This document shows positions 42,468-51,471 of a stretch of 64,000 nt of DNA, piece after piece. Position numbers and translations under genes: made by a program. How positions within the stretch are numbered: the first letter of the stretch is position 1; every line of letters starts with the position of its first letter. This stretch comes from a virus. The stretch is taken from IMG/VR virus record IMGVR_UViG_3300033475_000008, positions 1 through 64,000 of that record, one strand, 5' to 3'. The notes beneath the pieces were generated by a model, which worked only from the letters and a program-made list of their open reading frames with translations, made no database searches and was not told where the DNA came from.

Positions 42468-42690
42468 TCAAGACTGTGACTTCTTGCGATCCAGTTCTTC
42501 CTTGCGCAGAAGCAACTCGATGTAAGTCGCGTACTCCTGAACCTGCTTCCACGGCATCTCGTCCAGATCGCGAGCGCGCAGTCCGAGTCGCTCCCAGAAC
42601 TGCATCTCCATGGCCATCTGACCCAGGCTGGGTGGGCCCTCACCCTTGAAGAAGATGGCTCCGTTAGCCTTGGTCAGTAGAGCTTTTCTG
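42468..42690 (-). CDS. tail assembly chaperone, frameshift extension (gpT-like)
   Basis: ORF between the chaperone and tape measure, in the +1 frame relative to the chaperone. Confidence 0.55.
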
Positions 42691-43056
42691 GGCGGCTGCC
42701 GTAGGTGGAGAGTTGAGAGCGTCCACTCGCTCGTAGATGAGCTTGAAGTCCGCGCCTGAGAGCAGTCCCACGTTGTCCAAGGTGACGGGGATGACCTGGC
42801 CACGTTCGTCGTCCAGGTTCCATGACGAGATGGAACCGAGGACCATGAGGTCCCGATACCCGGCCACGTCAGGGGCCATGGACACGTTCATGCCGTCACT
42901 GGCTGCCTGGTCCTGCTGGACCACGGCCTGGGAGAGAGCCGCCTCAGCCTTCTTGAGAGCCTTGCGTGGGAGACAGGTGAGGATCTCCACCCAGTAGTCT
43001 GAGTTGGTGAGAACGATCTTCTCGGTCTCGGCGTAGCTGTTAGCGTAACCCGGCAT
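42664..43056 (-). CDS. tail assembly chaperone
   Basis: I.SWNL.DE.G..IPVT..N motif; between tail tube and tape measure. Confidence 0.8.
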   Translation of the reverse strand: MPGYANSYAETEKIVLTNSDYWVEILTCLPRKALKKAEAALSQAVVQQDQAASDGMNVSMAPDVAGYRDLMVLGSISSWNLDDERGQVIPVTLDNVGLLSGADFKLIYERVDALNSPPTAAAQKSSTDQG

Positions 43057-43077
43057 CAGCGGCTCCTCAGTAGTGGA

Positions 43078-44049
43078 TCAGTAGGCGGTGGAGATGGCGT
43101 TGAGCAGCACGGCTTGCACGGTGTAGCCACTGCTCAGGGACTTGGTAGCCTCAAAGGTGAGGTTGGACATGATGACGTCAGTCATCTTCACGTCCTCGGT
43201 CATCTTGGAGAGAACGACCTGGGGACACGTGATGGTGAGACTGGCACCAGTGGCGCCCGGGTGAGTGAGTGAGATAGACAAGGCACCCAGGGTCCCGTTG
43301 ACCAGGTTCGTGAAGTCACCATAGGTAGAGTCGTTCAAGCTGGACCAGGTGAGGGTGATACTGCCGGACACGTGCAGGGTGACCGGGGTGATGAAGGAGG
43401 GCCCGTGGTTGCCACTGAACGTGTAGGTGGACTTGAGACCGTTGTCGATGGTGATCGACGCAGACGTGACCTCTGCTCGAGCGTGCGTGAAGAGCGTGAG
43501 GCTTCCCTCTGCGAACACGAACGGTGACTCGTTGACAACGGTGACCGCGGTAGGCGAGGTGAGGATGGCCGCGGACTGGCCGGTGGCGTCATACGAGACG
43601 TTGGCTGCCTCGTTGGTAGCCGGCACGTTGAGGGTCATCTTGCCGACGCGACACCCGGCAAACTGGATGGACTGGTAGTTGCCGAGGTTCTTCTCGATGG
43701 TGAAGCTGGGAAGCGTGTTTGCCTGACTGATGGTGTGCGTCCAGGGGTTGGCAGACCCCGTGACCACGTCAGTGCCGATGGAGCCGGCCAGGAGAGTGGC
43801 CGCGTTGCTGGGGAAGAACGGTCCAGCGACGGCACCGGTGTAGACGGCCTGACCGTAGAGGTTGAACACGTGAAGGTCACGCGTGGCCATCATGAGCTCA
43901 GGTGAGAACCAACCCGGGTCCACCTCCATGGTGTTGCTGAGCATGGGGAGGAACGTGGTGGCCGTGACGGGTGTGCCAAAGGTGACTTCCTTGGCGATGC
44001 CGGTGGCGCTGAGGGAGCCGTCACGCTCCGTGATCGTGGGGTATGCCAT
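43078..44049 (-). CDS. major tail tube protein
   Basis: GIAKE.TFGT, HT...NTLPSFTIEK, F.GC.V, ITIDNGL. Confidence 0.85.
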   Translation of the reverse strand: MAYPTITERDGSLSATGIAKEVTFGTPVTATTFLPMLSNTMEVDPGWFSPELMMATRDLHVFNLYGQAVYTGAVAGPFFPSNAATLLAGSIGTDVVTGSANPWTHTISQANTLPSFTIEKNLGNYQSIQFAGCRVGKMTLNVPATNEAANVSYDATGQSAAILTSPTAVTVVNESPFVFAEGSLTLFTHARAEVTSASITIDNGLKSTYTFSGNHGPSFITPVTLHVSGSITLTWSSLNDSTYGDFTNLVNGTLGALSISLTHPGATGASLTITCPQVVLSKMTEDVKMTDVIMSNLTFEATKSLSSGYTVQAVLLNAISTAY

Positions 44050-44073
44050 ATGCTCCTGTCAAGCGTCGACGGC

Positions 44074-44358
44074 TCAGGCCGTGACCGGTGGCTCAGGGTC
44101 AGCAGCGGGTACGTCAGCGTCAGCTGGTGTCGGGTCTTGTGAGACCGAGTCTGTCAGTGCCTCATCCGTTGACTCGGGTGTCTCGTCTTTTGACTCTGGT
44201 GCCGGGTCTACCTGCTCGATGTCACTTCGACGAGTGTAGCGTTCTGCCTCACTCGCTGGAACTTGGAACGTGCCTTGCGGTTCCACGGTCTGGGAGATCT
44301 CTTGGAAGGTAGTCTCGATCTCACCCAGGTAACGCAGAGTGTACATCGCCTGTGTCAT
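44074..44358 (-). CDS. hypothetical protein
   Basis: ORF in the head-tail region. Confidence 0.6.
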   Translation of the reverse strand: MTQAMYTLRYLGEIETTFQEISQTVEPQGTFQVPASEAERYTRRSDIEQVDPAPESKDETPESTDEALTDSVSQDPTPADADVPAADPEPPVTA

Positions 44359-44807
44359 GCGTGGTCCTCACCGTTCAGTGCCGCTTGGATCTTGTTGGCG
44401 AGGTTGGTGATGACCTCGTCCTTGACCTCGTCGAGCACGCGACGAGGGAAGTCATTGGCCTTGGTACCCGGGTGGTGCACGACCTTCGCGAAGTGAACCC
44501 CGCCGGCTCCCACCCACCGCAGTGATCGAGCCGCGACTGGCCTGATCTCGTGTGGCTTGGTCCCCTTGATAACGAAGGGAGCGTAGAGACGATGCGCGCT
44601 CCACTCCAGTCGGGTGGTGAGTCCCGCGGAGGTACGGCTGTATCGCTCTGAGGCTTGCAGAGCACCGGTTCTGACGGGAGTGGCTTCCTTAAGCTCATCT
44701 CGTACCGTATGACCGGTCTCGTCACCCCACTCAGTCACGACTTTCTTCAACTTGAAGGCTAGTTCCTCAGGGCGGCCCTGCCAGCTGGAGTGAATGTGAA
44801 CGCTCAT
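44355..44807 (-). CDS. HK97 gp10-like head-tail protein
   Basis: TPVRTGAL..S, YAPFV..GT.PH.I, V.HPGTK.N. Confidence 0.8.
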   Translation of the reverse strand: MSVHIHSSWQGRPEELAFKLKKVVTEWGDETGHTVRDELKEATPVRTGALQASERYSRTSAGLTTRLEWSAHRLYAPFVIKGTKPHEIRPVAARSLRWVGAGGVHFAKVVHHPGTKANDFPRRVLDEVKDEVITNLANKIQAALNGEDHA

Positions 44808-45319
44808 CCCTGCACCACTTCCAAGACCTCGACGCTGATGGACGCGCTGTACCAGTACATGCGCATCGTGGCCGGGGTGCGCTCCGGTGGATAGTCCAGG
44901 GTCCAACGTTCACCGACTCGTTGGATCTGAGTGAGTCCCTGTCGACTGGTGACTGGGGCTGACACGTCCTGTGGGATCCCATCGTTGTCGATGAACACCG
45001 GCATGGTGGTAGTGCGCAGAACCCGCATGATCGTGTCGAGGATGTCTGGGAACTCGTCGTCGATGGTCGGGTTCTCGTTCTCGTTGGTGAGATACACGAC
45101 CCAGATGTCGATCATCCACGGCCAGTTCTGGAAGCCAGCACCACGCGGCATGGTCTGCCGGGTAACGTTGAGGTGGCTGCCCCAGACGTAGGCGATGGGA
45201 CCGTCTACGCTTTCCAGAGCCGGTGGGGTGATGTGCACTTCCAGGGGCAGAAGCTGCCCCGGGACAGCGATCCCATCGAGAAGGTTTTTCACGTACTTCT
45301 GTACGCTCTTGAGCGGCAT
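44804..45319 (-). CDS. putative tail terminator
   Basis: Position and size in the head-tail module. Confidence 0.55.
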   Translation of the reverse strand: MPLKSVQKYVKNLLDGIAVPGQLLPLEVHITPPALESVDGPIAYVWGSHLNVTRQTMPRGAGFQNWPWMIDIWVVYLTNENENPTIDDEFPDILDTIMRVLRTTTMPVFIDNDGIPQDVSAPVTSRQGLTQIQRVGERWTLDYPPERTPATMRMYWYSASISVEVLEVVQG

Positions 45320-46248
45320 CAGATGACCCGCCGGTAGGGACCGAGGATCTGCTGGTATTCCTTCTGCAGAGAGAGGATACCCATGCCACCCGTGGTCTGA
45401 CTACCTGGGAGGTTTTGCACCGTGACAGCAGTGATACCGGCTTCCAGGGCTTGCACCGTCGTGGCCAGGATGGTGGCCCACATGATGTCACCTGGAAGAG
45501 AGGAGAGGACGACCCCGCTGGCGTGGTCATACTGCAGTGGCTCAGTCAAGGTGAGAGTACCCGGGCCGGCAGGGGTGGTGCCACCGAAGGGAAGCGGAAA
45601 CGGTGTGTTCGCTGACACGCTCTGCACGGTCACGGTCTCAGTCTGAGAGCCGTCGTAGATGAAGGCCATGGCACCGGTGAACGCGGTCACGTCATCTACG
45701 GTGACCGTGGTCGCCAGTGCCTCAGCGGGCGTCGTGAGTGACGTGTGGGGCCACCCGTTGTTGTAGGTGGTGGAAGTGGTGTACCCTTGCCGACCCAGCC
45801 AACGGGTGACGTAGCCAGCACCGAGGAGGACCGGCTGACCACCGTCTGCCGCTGAGGACGGAGTGGTGGTACCGTAGATCCCGATGGGTGGGCGTTCCAC
45901 CTCATACATGTCACTGGGAACGACCTGCCACTGCCGAGGGAACGTGTTCCCGGCTACGGCCAGTTGAAGGACCTCAGTGACGGGCCAACGGCTGAGCAGC
46001 AACCTGGCGTTGCCGGTGCTGTTCTGGATGGTGAGCCGGTAGTCAGGCCCGTTGAGGACCTCGGTGTCGACCGTGGCCTGGAGGATCTGGTTGCAGTAGG
46101 AGTCCACGATCCCGGTGGCTCGGACGCACATGTTCATCTGTTCCGCGACCTGCTGCGAGGACGTGGCCTTGGGGAACGGGATGATGTTCCAGCTGATGCC
46201 AGTGGGAGCGTTGACGATCATGTCAGGAGTCACGTAAGGCGTAGCCAC
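45319..46248 (-). CDS. head-to-tail adaptor
   Basis: PYVT...AT..VD.YCNQ.L, WPV, Y..GW, LP.DI..A.I, L.PYRR. Confidence 0.75.
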   Translation of the reverse strand: MATPYVTPDMIVNAPTGISWNIIPFPKATSSQQVAEQMNMCVRATGIVDSYCNQILQATVDTEVLNGPDYRLTIQNSTGNARLLLSRWPVTEVLQLAVAGNTFPRQWQVVPSDMYEVERPPIGIYGTTTPSSAADGGQPVLLGAGYVTRWLGRQGYTTSTTYNNGWPHTSLTTPAEALATTVTVDDVTAFTGAMAFIYDGSQTETVTVQSVSANTPFPLPFGGTTPAGPGTLTLTEPLQYDHASGVVLSSLPGDIMWATILATTVQALEAGITAVTVQNLPGSQTTGGMGILSLQKEYQQILGPYRRVI

Positions 46249-46254
46249 GTCGTC

Positions 46255-46413
46255 TCACCTCTCCCGCTCACGTTGACGATGACACTTGCTGCACACCATC
46301 TTCTCGCCGTCCCAGGCTGCGTGCTTGTGGCAGTACGGCTTGTGGCACACCGGGCAGTCACCGACGGGTGGTTGGCCACGGCGAGCGCACAAGCCGCACG
46401 TGCCTCGTCTCAT
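46255..46413 (-). CDS. small Cys-rich zinc-finger protein
   Basis: Manual translation MRRGTCGLC...CPVCHKPYCHKH...CSKC (52 aa). Confidence 0.6.
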   Translation of the reverse strand: MRRGTCGLCARRGQPPVGDCPVCHKPYCHKHAAWDGEKMVCSKCHRQRERER

Positions 46414-46415
46414 GC

Positions 46416-47099
46416 CTAGTCGGCGTCCCGGAGTACTTGGATCTGCTCTGCCTTGGATCGGGTGGTGCGGAGTCCGCGGCTGCGCGCGACTTCACGGAGC
46501 TCTGGGAGGCTGAGGGCGTCGTAGTCAGGGGTGTCAGTCACCTCTGTGGACACCTCGTCTCTCGGTGGCTCGGGTGCCTCCAACCAGGCGTCTGGGATCT
46601 GCAGGTCCCTGGCTGCGACGAGGTCGTTGAGGGTGATGGTCGATGCCATGTTACCAACCATGGGACTACCACACTCACCGCAGAACTTGGCGTTGAGTAG
46701 CATCTCGTGCCCGTTGGGGCAGACGCTGGTCTCCAGTTGAGGGGGCTGGGTCTGTCCTTGACCGGTGAGGAGCTGAGCGAGTTGCGCGAGCACTGCTGGG
46801 AGGTCACCCAGTCCAGAGAGCTTCTCCAGGGCTTGAGCGGTGCCAGTGGCAGCGTCACGCTGGCCACGCTTCTCCTGGTCCTCTCGAGTGATCTTCTCGT
46901 CGTGAGTCTCAGGGATCTCTGAGATGGTAGCTGACCAAAGAGGGTGGTCTCGAAGGTCGACTTCGCAGCTCGGGCAGTCCAGTGCCCAGAGCTTGACAGG
47001 TGCGCCGTTCTCAACGGGTCGGGTGTGGGCCTGGCCACAGCCTCCGTGAGAGACGGGAACGGCCGTACCAGCGAGGTCCGACCGAGCGTAAAGAGTCAC
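46416..47099 (-). CDS. zinc-ribbon protein with C-terminal HeH/Rho-N-like domain
   Basis: GTG 47099 with GGAGG RBS; CPSC, CPNGH..KFCGECG; LSLPELREVARSRGL....SKAE.I. Confidence 0.7.
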   Translation of the reverse strand: MTLYARSDLAGTAVPVSHGGCGQAHTRPVENGAPVKLWALDCPSCEVDLRDHPLWSATISEIPETHDEKITREDQEKRGQRDAATGTAQALEKLSGLGDLPAVLAQLAQLLTGQGQTQPPQLETSVCPNGHEMLLNAKFCGECGSPMVGNMASTITLNDLVAARDLQIPDAWLEAPEPPRDEVSTEVTDTPDYDALSLPELREVARSRGLRTTRSKAEQIQVLRDAD

Positions 47100-47464
47100 A
47101 TGTCCTCCAATTGAGGGGTGTCGACCGACACCGTCTCCGGCGTCGGAGCTTGAGACGCGTGGTGCTGTACTCGACTCAGAGTCATCAATCGCCACAACGT
47201 GGTAGCTGCGACGAGAAACAGTGAGACGATGGTGAACCACGCGTAGAAGAAGACGTGGTTGTTCACGTGGAACACGAGACGAAGAAACGTGGGAAGCAAC
47301 GTGGCAAAGAGAGCACCATCCAGAGAGACGATGGCTCGACCCACTGAGTAGCGCCACCAGGGTGCCAAGACGGTGTAACCGGTGATGAAGACGATAGTAC
47401 TGAAGAAAGCCGTGAGCGCTGCAGTGTCGGCTACGTCTGCGATAACCCGCAAATTGGTGATCAT
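47096..47464 (-). CDS. putative holin
   Basis: Three TM segments; Y..LAPWWR..VGR motif of actinophage holins. Confidence 0.65.
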   Translation of the reverse strand: MITNLRVIADVADTAALTAFFSTIVFITGYTVLAPWWRYSVGRAIVSLDGALFATLLPTFLRLVFHVNNHVFFYAWFTIVSLFLVAATTLWRLMTLSRVQHHASQAPTPETVSVDTPQLEDM

Positions 47465-47712
47465 GACCGATATCCGTCATGCAACATCTGAGCCACTCCC
47501 TCACTGAAGTGGTTTCGACGGTGCTTGTCACCGAGTCGTTCTGCGTTCAATGCTACTTGGTCTCCCAACCGACTCACCTCCGCTTGCTTGCGCTTTCCCT
47601 CCCTCAGTGCCGTCTTAGCTTCTTCTACCTTCTCGTCGTGCGACAGATCATCTTCATCGACGGGCAGCTCTGGAAAGAAGCGGAACCATACTCTACGCCA
47701 CGTGGGTGGCAT
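47461..47712 (-). CDS. lysis-cassette-associated small protein
   Basis: Coiled coil ending RRNHFSE; coupled to the holin. Confidence 0.55.
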   Translation of the reverse strand: MPPTWRRVWFRFFPELPVDEDDLSHDEKVEEAKTALREGKRKQAEVSRLGDQVALNAERLGDKHRRNHFSEGVAQMLHDGYRS

Positions 47713-48046
47713 CGGGACCACCTCCGGCACCGGAAGGTGCACTGGAGCTGCTAGAAGAGGGAGTAGGGAGTGCCTGGAGAACACTGTTGGTGGTTCGGCC
47801 GATCTCCAGTGACTGGTAGAGCTGCGTGATAAGAGCATCATTTGACTTCTTGACCACGTCATGCGCTTCACGCCAGGTGCGAGCCTGCTCATCCTTCTCC
47901 TCGAGTCTCTGCTCATACATCTTGATGAGCCGGTCCACGAGGGCCTTGGTGAGGAGCTTGCCCGTGAAGACAAGGTAGCCACCCGCGACGACGACTCCAC
48001 CAGCAGTGGTGTTGGCAGCTAGTGTGAACGTGATCGGCACGCTCAT
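47693..48046 (-). CDS. membrane protein (lysis cassette)
   Basis: N-terminal TM, G.L, ..WR.A coiled coil. Confidence 0.6.
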   Translation of the reverse strand: MSVPITFTLAANTTAGGVVVAGGYLVFTGKLLTKALVDRLIKMYEQRLEEKDEQARTWREAHDVVKKSNDALITQLYQSLEIGRTTNSVLQALPTPSSSSSSAPSGAGGGPDATHVA

Positions 48047-48054
48047 GTCGCTGC

Positions 48055-48333
48055 TTACTCCTCCACGGTGGCTTCACCGCAGCGAGGGCACGTGTCGTTC
48101 CAGGCGTTCCAGAGACGTCGGCACTTCTGACAGTACCGGCCTACCTTAGTGCCGAAGGATTGGAGTGACTGAGCGCTGATGAAGTCTTGTTCCTTAAACT
48201 GAGACTTGTTCACCGCGTCTGCGTGCCGATCACTGATCACGACTGAGCCACCCGGCTTGTCGGCCTTGTACTTGGTGCCGTCCTTGCAGTCAAAGCCTGA
48301 GCAGCCGGGTGGAAGGTTGACGCGTTGACTCAT
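48055..48333 (-). CDS. small zinc-binding protein
   Basis: V.LPPGC.G..DGT.Y; CQKC..CPRCG. Confidence 0.65.
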   Translation of the reverse strand: MSQRVNLPPGCSGFDCKDGTKYKADKPGGSVVISDRHADAVNKSQFKEQDFISAQSLQSFGTKVGRYCQKCRRLWNAWNDTCPRCGEATVEE

Positions 48334-48342
48334 CAGCAGCTC

Positions 48343-48624
48343 CTAACCACCGGTGGAGATGAATACGCCGACAGGAGTGGGACCAGCCACGGAACCGATG
48401 GCCCACAGTTGAGTGCCCTTAGAACCGGGGTACGTGGGAATCGTGACACTGGATCCACCAACGATCGCGGCACCGTTGGTACTAGTGACAGTGTTGGTAG
48501 TACCCACGTAGACAAACGTGGTGTTGGCTGCAGCCACGCTGATAGTGACTGAGCCGACACCCGGTGGCACGGTGCACAGCAACACGGCAGTGTTAGGCAC
48601 GCTACCGGGGATCGGATCGATCAT
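48343..48624 (-). CDS. capsid-associated beta protein (paralogue 3)
   Basis: VYVG...VT.TNG motif shared with the upstream two ORFs. Confidence 0.6.
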   Translation of the reverse strand: MIDPIPGSVPNTAVLLCTVPPGVGSVTISVAAANTTFVYVGTTNTVTSTNGAAIVGGSSVTIPTYPGSKGTQLWAIGSVAGPTPVGVFISTGG

Positions 48625-49103
48625 CAGGTAGTTCCAGCCACCACGTTGATCTGACCGCCGACTGAAGTGACGACCGTGACGGCCTCACCAGACACGTGAT
48701 CGTAGAGTGGTGCCGAGGTGGTCAACGTGGTGGTGGTACCACCAGAGATGACCGTGAGGACTTCCTGGCCGCCACCGCTACCGATGAGGATCAACGCACC
48801 GTTAGCGATGCCGGTACCAGAGGTCACGGCCACCGTACCAGTGCCTGCGGTCACGTCTGCCGTGGTCGTGGTCGCTGTCGCGGTCTTGGTGTAGCCACTG
48901 GCCGCGTAGAGGTTGACCGGCATGGTGGAGAGGTCGAGGTTCTGGTTGGGGTAGACCGGGAGACCGTTGGCCGCGGTCACGCCTGCCTGCCCGACGTACA
49001 CCGGGAACCGACCCAGGTTGCTGAGGAAGAGGTGAGAGGTACCTGCCGGCGAGGGGCTGTAGACCAGAGAAGCTGTCGCTGTGATGTTCTGGTTGCCTGG
49101 CAT
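48624..49103 (-). CDS. capsid-associated beta protein (paralogue 2)
   Basis: N.G..PVYVGQAGVTAANGL. Confidence 0.65.
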   Translation of the reverse strand: MPGNQNITATASLVYSPSPAGTSHLFLSNLGRFPVYVGQAGVTAANGLPVYPNQNLDLSTMPVNLYAASGYTKTATATTTTADVTAGTGTVAVTSGTGIANGALILIGSGGGQEVLTVISGGTTTTLTTSAPLYDHVSGEAVTVVTSVGGQINVVAGTT

Positions 49104-49175
49104 GTGGTCTCCTGTAAGAGTACGGGTGGTGACACCCGCACCCGGCCAGCGTGAACTGGCCGGGTGCGGAGAGTG

Positions 49176-49517
49176 TCAGACCACCGAGGCGACGGTGGCC
49201 AACGAACCGATGACCCGCGCCGTACCGGACGACGTGATCGCCCAGATGTCGTTGGTCGTGGTGCCGGTGGTGGCGGTCCAGCCCTGGATGGTCACCTGCT
49301 GACCGGCCTTGAGAGCGAGGCCGGTGCTAGCAGTGACACTGGAGGATCCCAAGAACACGGTAGCCGGACCGATGTTGATGATGGTCACGTCGTGCAACGT
49401 AGTCGCCGGATTCAGCGCGGCAAACGCGGTCACGTTCGCACTGAAGACATCCACCGTGGGAGTCGTAGTGACCGAACTGACCTGCTGTGCTGGGAGAGAG
49501 CCGTCAAAAGTAGCCAT
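49176..49517 (-). CDS. capsid decoration-like protein (paralogue 1)
   Basis: N.GPATVFLGSSSVTASTGL; directly after the major capsid. Confidence 0.65.
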   Translation of the reverse strand: MATFDGSLPAQQVSSVTTTPTVDVFSANVTAFAALNPATTLHDVTIINIGPATVFLGSSSVTASTGLALKAGQQVTIQGWTATTGTTTNDIWAITSSGTARVIGSLATVASVV

Positions 49518-49532
49518 GTCGTCGTCCTCCTA

Positions 49533-51410
49533 TCAGCTGAACGGCGTGGTGTCGGAGACCTGAAGGCCCTGGAGGATGCCCGAGTATTGTGGGGCGTGAG
49601 CGCACAGAGCGCCGTACAGGAAGATCGAGTAGCGGAAGGTCGCGTCGATGACCGGCCACGCGATGGACACGTAGTCCTGCACGCAGGTCATCTCCCAGGC
49701 GTTGGCCACGTTGGACCAAGTCTGTGGGAGCTGGTAGGTCATCGCCATGGCGGTGCCCTGGGTGAGCCAGGGGTGGACCGTCAGGTTCAGGATCGACTTG
49801 GTGATCGGGTTCTGGAACTGGGAGACCGCGGCACCGACCCGGACACCGGCCACGTCGGGCTGGTCCAGGAAGAGTCGGTAGTTGGTCGCCGAGCCCTGAG
49901 AGATCACGTCGTTGCTGAGCCGCATGATGTCGCCACCGTTGCCGATGAGCTCAGCGGGGTCAGCCTTGAACGCGCCGGTGTTGGTACCGTTGGTCTCCCA
50001 CAGGCCATCCAGCATCTGGTACACGGCGTTGTAGGAGAGGTGGGTACCGACGGACTGGTTGACGTAGCCGCCCTGCCAGCCGCTCGGGTAGACACCAGCG
50101 CTGGCGGAGGCACCGGTGAGTGTCGGGATGACACCCTCCATGCGAGTGCCCTTGCCGGTTCCCGTGTCAGTGGTCGGCGGGTGAGCACCGGCACCGGCTG
50201 CGGGTCCCTGGATGGTGATGTACTTGCCACCAACCGGGGTGCTGGACTGGGTGCCCACGGAGGTGACACCGGCCTGAGTGGTGGCGCCAACCTGCAACCA
50301 GAGCTGCGAGTTGGTCGGGGTGGCAGAAGCCGTGGCCACGTAGATGTTGTAGGTCTGAGCACCGGCGACCGGGGCGATGGCCACGTCGACGACGTTGGTG
50401 GTACCCACCGTGGTGATGTCCGTGGACACCGCGCTGGCGACAGTCTCACCGTAGTAGTTGACGGCCGTGACCGCGACCACGAAGTGAGCGGGGGAGCCAC
50501 CGATCGGGGTCTCGTTGCTACCCGCGGTACGCAGGGTGGTGGTGACCGCACCTGGCGTGGCCAGGGGAGCGCTGGTGCCAGCGAGCATCATGTACTCCTC
50601 GCCCAGCATCATCTCCTGGAGGAGGATGAGGTTGGCGAGGGAGCTGATGTCCTCGAAGCCCTGACCCGCGAACTGAGCGAGGAAGGACAACTGCTCAGTG
50701 AGGCCGAAGAACCGGTATGGCACGTTGAGTGCCTGCTCGGTCTGGTTGCCAGACTGTGGCAGGTTGAGTGGCCAGCTGCTGAAGCTGGTGGAACCGGTGA
50801 GCTCCGCGGTGGAGATGTCCAGGACACCCTGGCCACCGGTACCGGAGCCGCTGATGCCGGTGAGCACCTTCTCCTGCATCGAGGTACCCTGGCCGGCTGG
50901 GCGAGGGAGCTTGTTGCGGAGGACAGTGTAGACCGGGTAGATCAGACGAGACGGGGCCCGGAGGTCAAAGGGGACCAGGCCGTAGATGCTGCCGATACCG
51001 AGGTTGCCCGCGGTGAAGGACTTCTGAACCGCCTCGGGACCACCGGGGAGGCTGCTCATCATCTCGGCCATCTGCTCCGCGATGGAGGGAGCGGTGAAAG
51101 CCGACTTCATGAGACCGAAGTTGTCCATGAAGCCCTTGTTGAGGCCGGCGACGACCTTGGACTTGTGGAACACGCTTCGACTGGTGGCCACGCGCAGGTC
51201 CATGGTGGCCTGGTGCGACCGGAGAGCGATCTCACCCTCGTCTTGGAGGGGCTGGTTACCGGTGACGAAACCGGCTCCCTTGACGAGTTCACCCATGCGC
51301 TTCTGGATCATCTCGCCAGTGTGGCTGTACTTGGGTGCCTCCTCGGTGGCTCCGGCGATCACCGAACCCTGAGAGGTAGGCATCTCCATGGTGGACAGGA
51401 TGTCTGCCAC
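49533..51410 (-). CDS. major capsid protein with an inserted FN3/Ig-like domain
   Basis: Follows the protease; PFDL..P...YP, LRN.LPR..G.G, EE.M.L.G; insert VTAVN.YGET...AQTYNIYV. Confidence 0.8.
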   Translation of the reverse strand: MADILSTMEMPTSQGSVIAGATEEAPKYSHTGEMIQKRMGELVKGAGFVTGNQPLQDEGEIALRSHQATMDLRVATSRSVFHKSKVVAGLNKGFMDNFGLMKSAFTAPSIAEQMAEMMSSLPGGPEAVQKSFTAGNLGIGSIYGLVPFDLRAPSRLIYPVYTVLRNKLPRPAGQGTSMQEKVLTGISGSGTGGQGVLDISTAELTGSTSFSSWPLNLPQSGNQTEQALNVPYRFFGLTEQLSFLAQFAGQGFEDISSLANLILLQEMMLGEEYMMLAGTSAPLATPGAVTTTLRTAGSNETPIGGSPAHFVVAVTAVNYYGETVASAVSTDITTVGTTNVVDVAIAPVAGAQTYNIYVATASATPTNSQLWLQVGATTQAGVTSVGTQSSTPVGGKYITIQGPAAGAGAHPPTTDTGTGKGTRMEGVIPTLTGASASAGVYPSGWQGGYVNQSVGTHLSYNAVYQMLDGLWETNGTNTGAFKADPAELIGNGGDIMRLSNDVISQGSATNYRLFLDQPDVAGVRVGAAVSQFQNPITKSILNLTVHPWLTQGTAMAMTYQLPQTWSNVANAWEMTCVQDYVSIAWPVIDATFRYSIFLYGALCAHAPQYSGILQGLQVSDTTPFS

Positions 51411-51471
51411 GGTGTGTCCTTTCAACGGGAAGCTAGTTGCCCTGTCGCCGGGCCGGCGGTCGAAGTGGTGA

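Noticed and set aside
42446-42643. -1 frameshift product of the tail chaperone
   Set aside because: The -1 frame has a TGA right after the AAAA run and its translation is not protein-like
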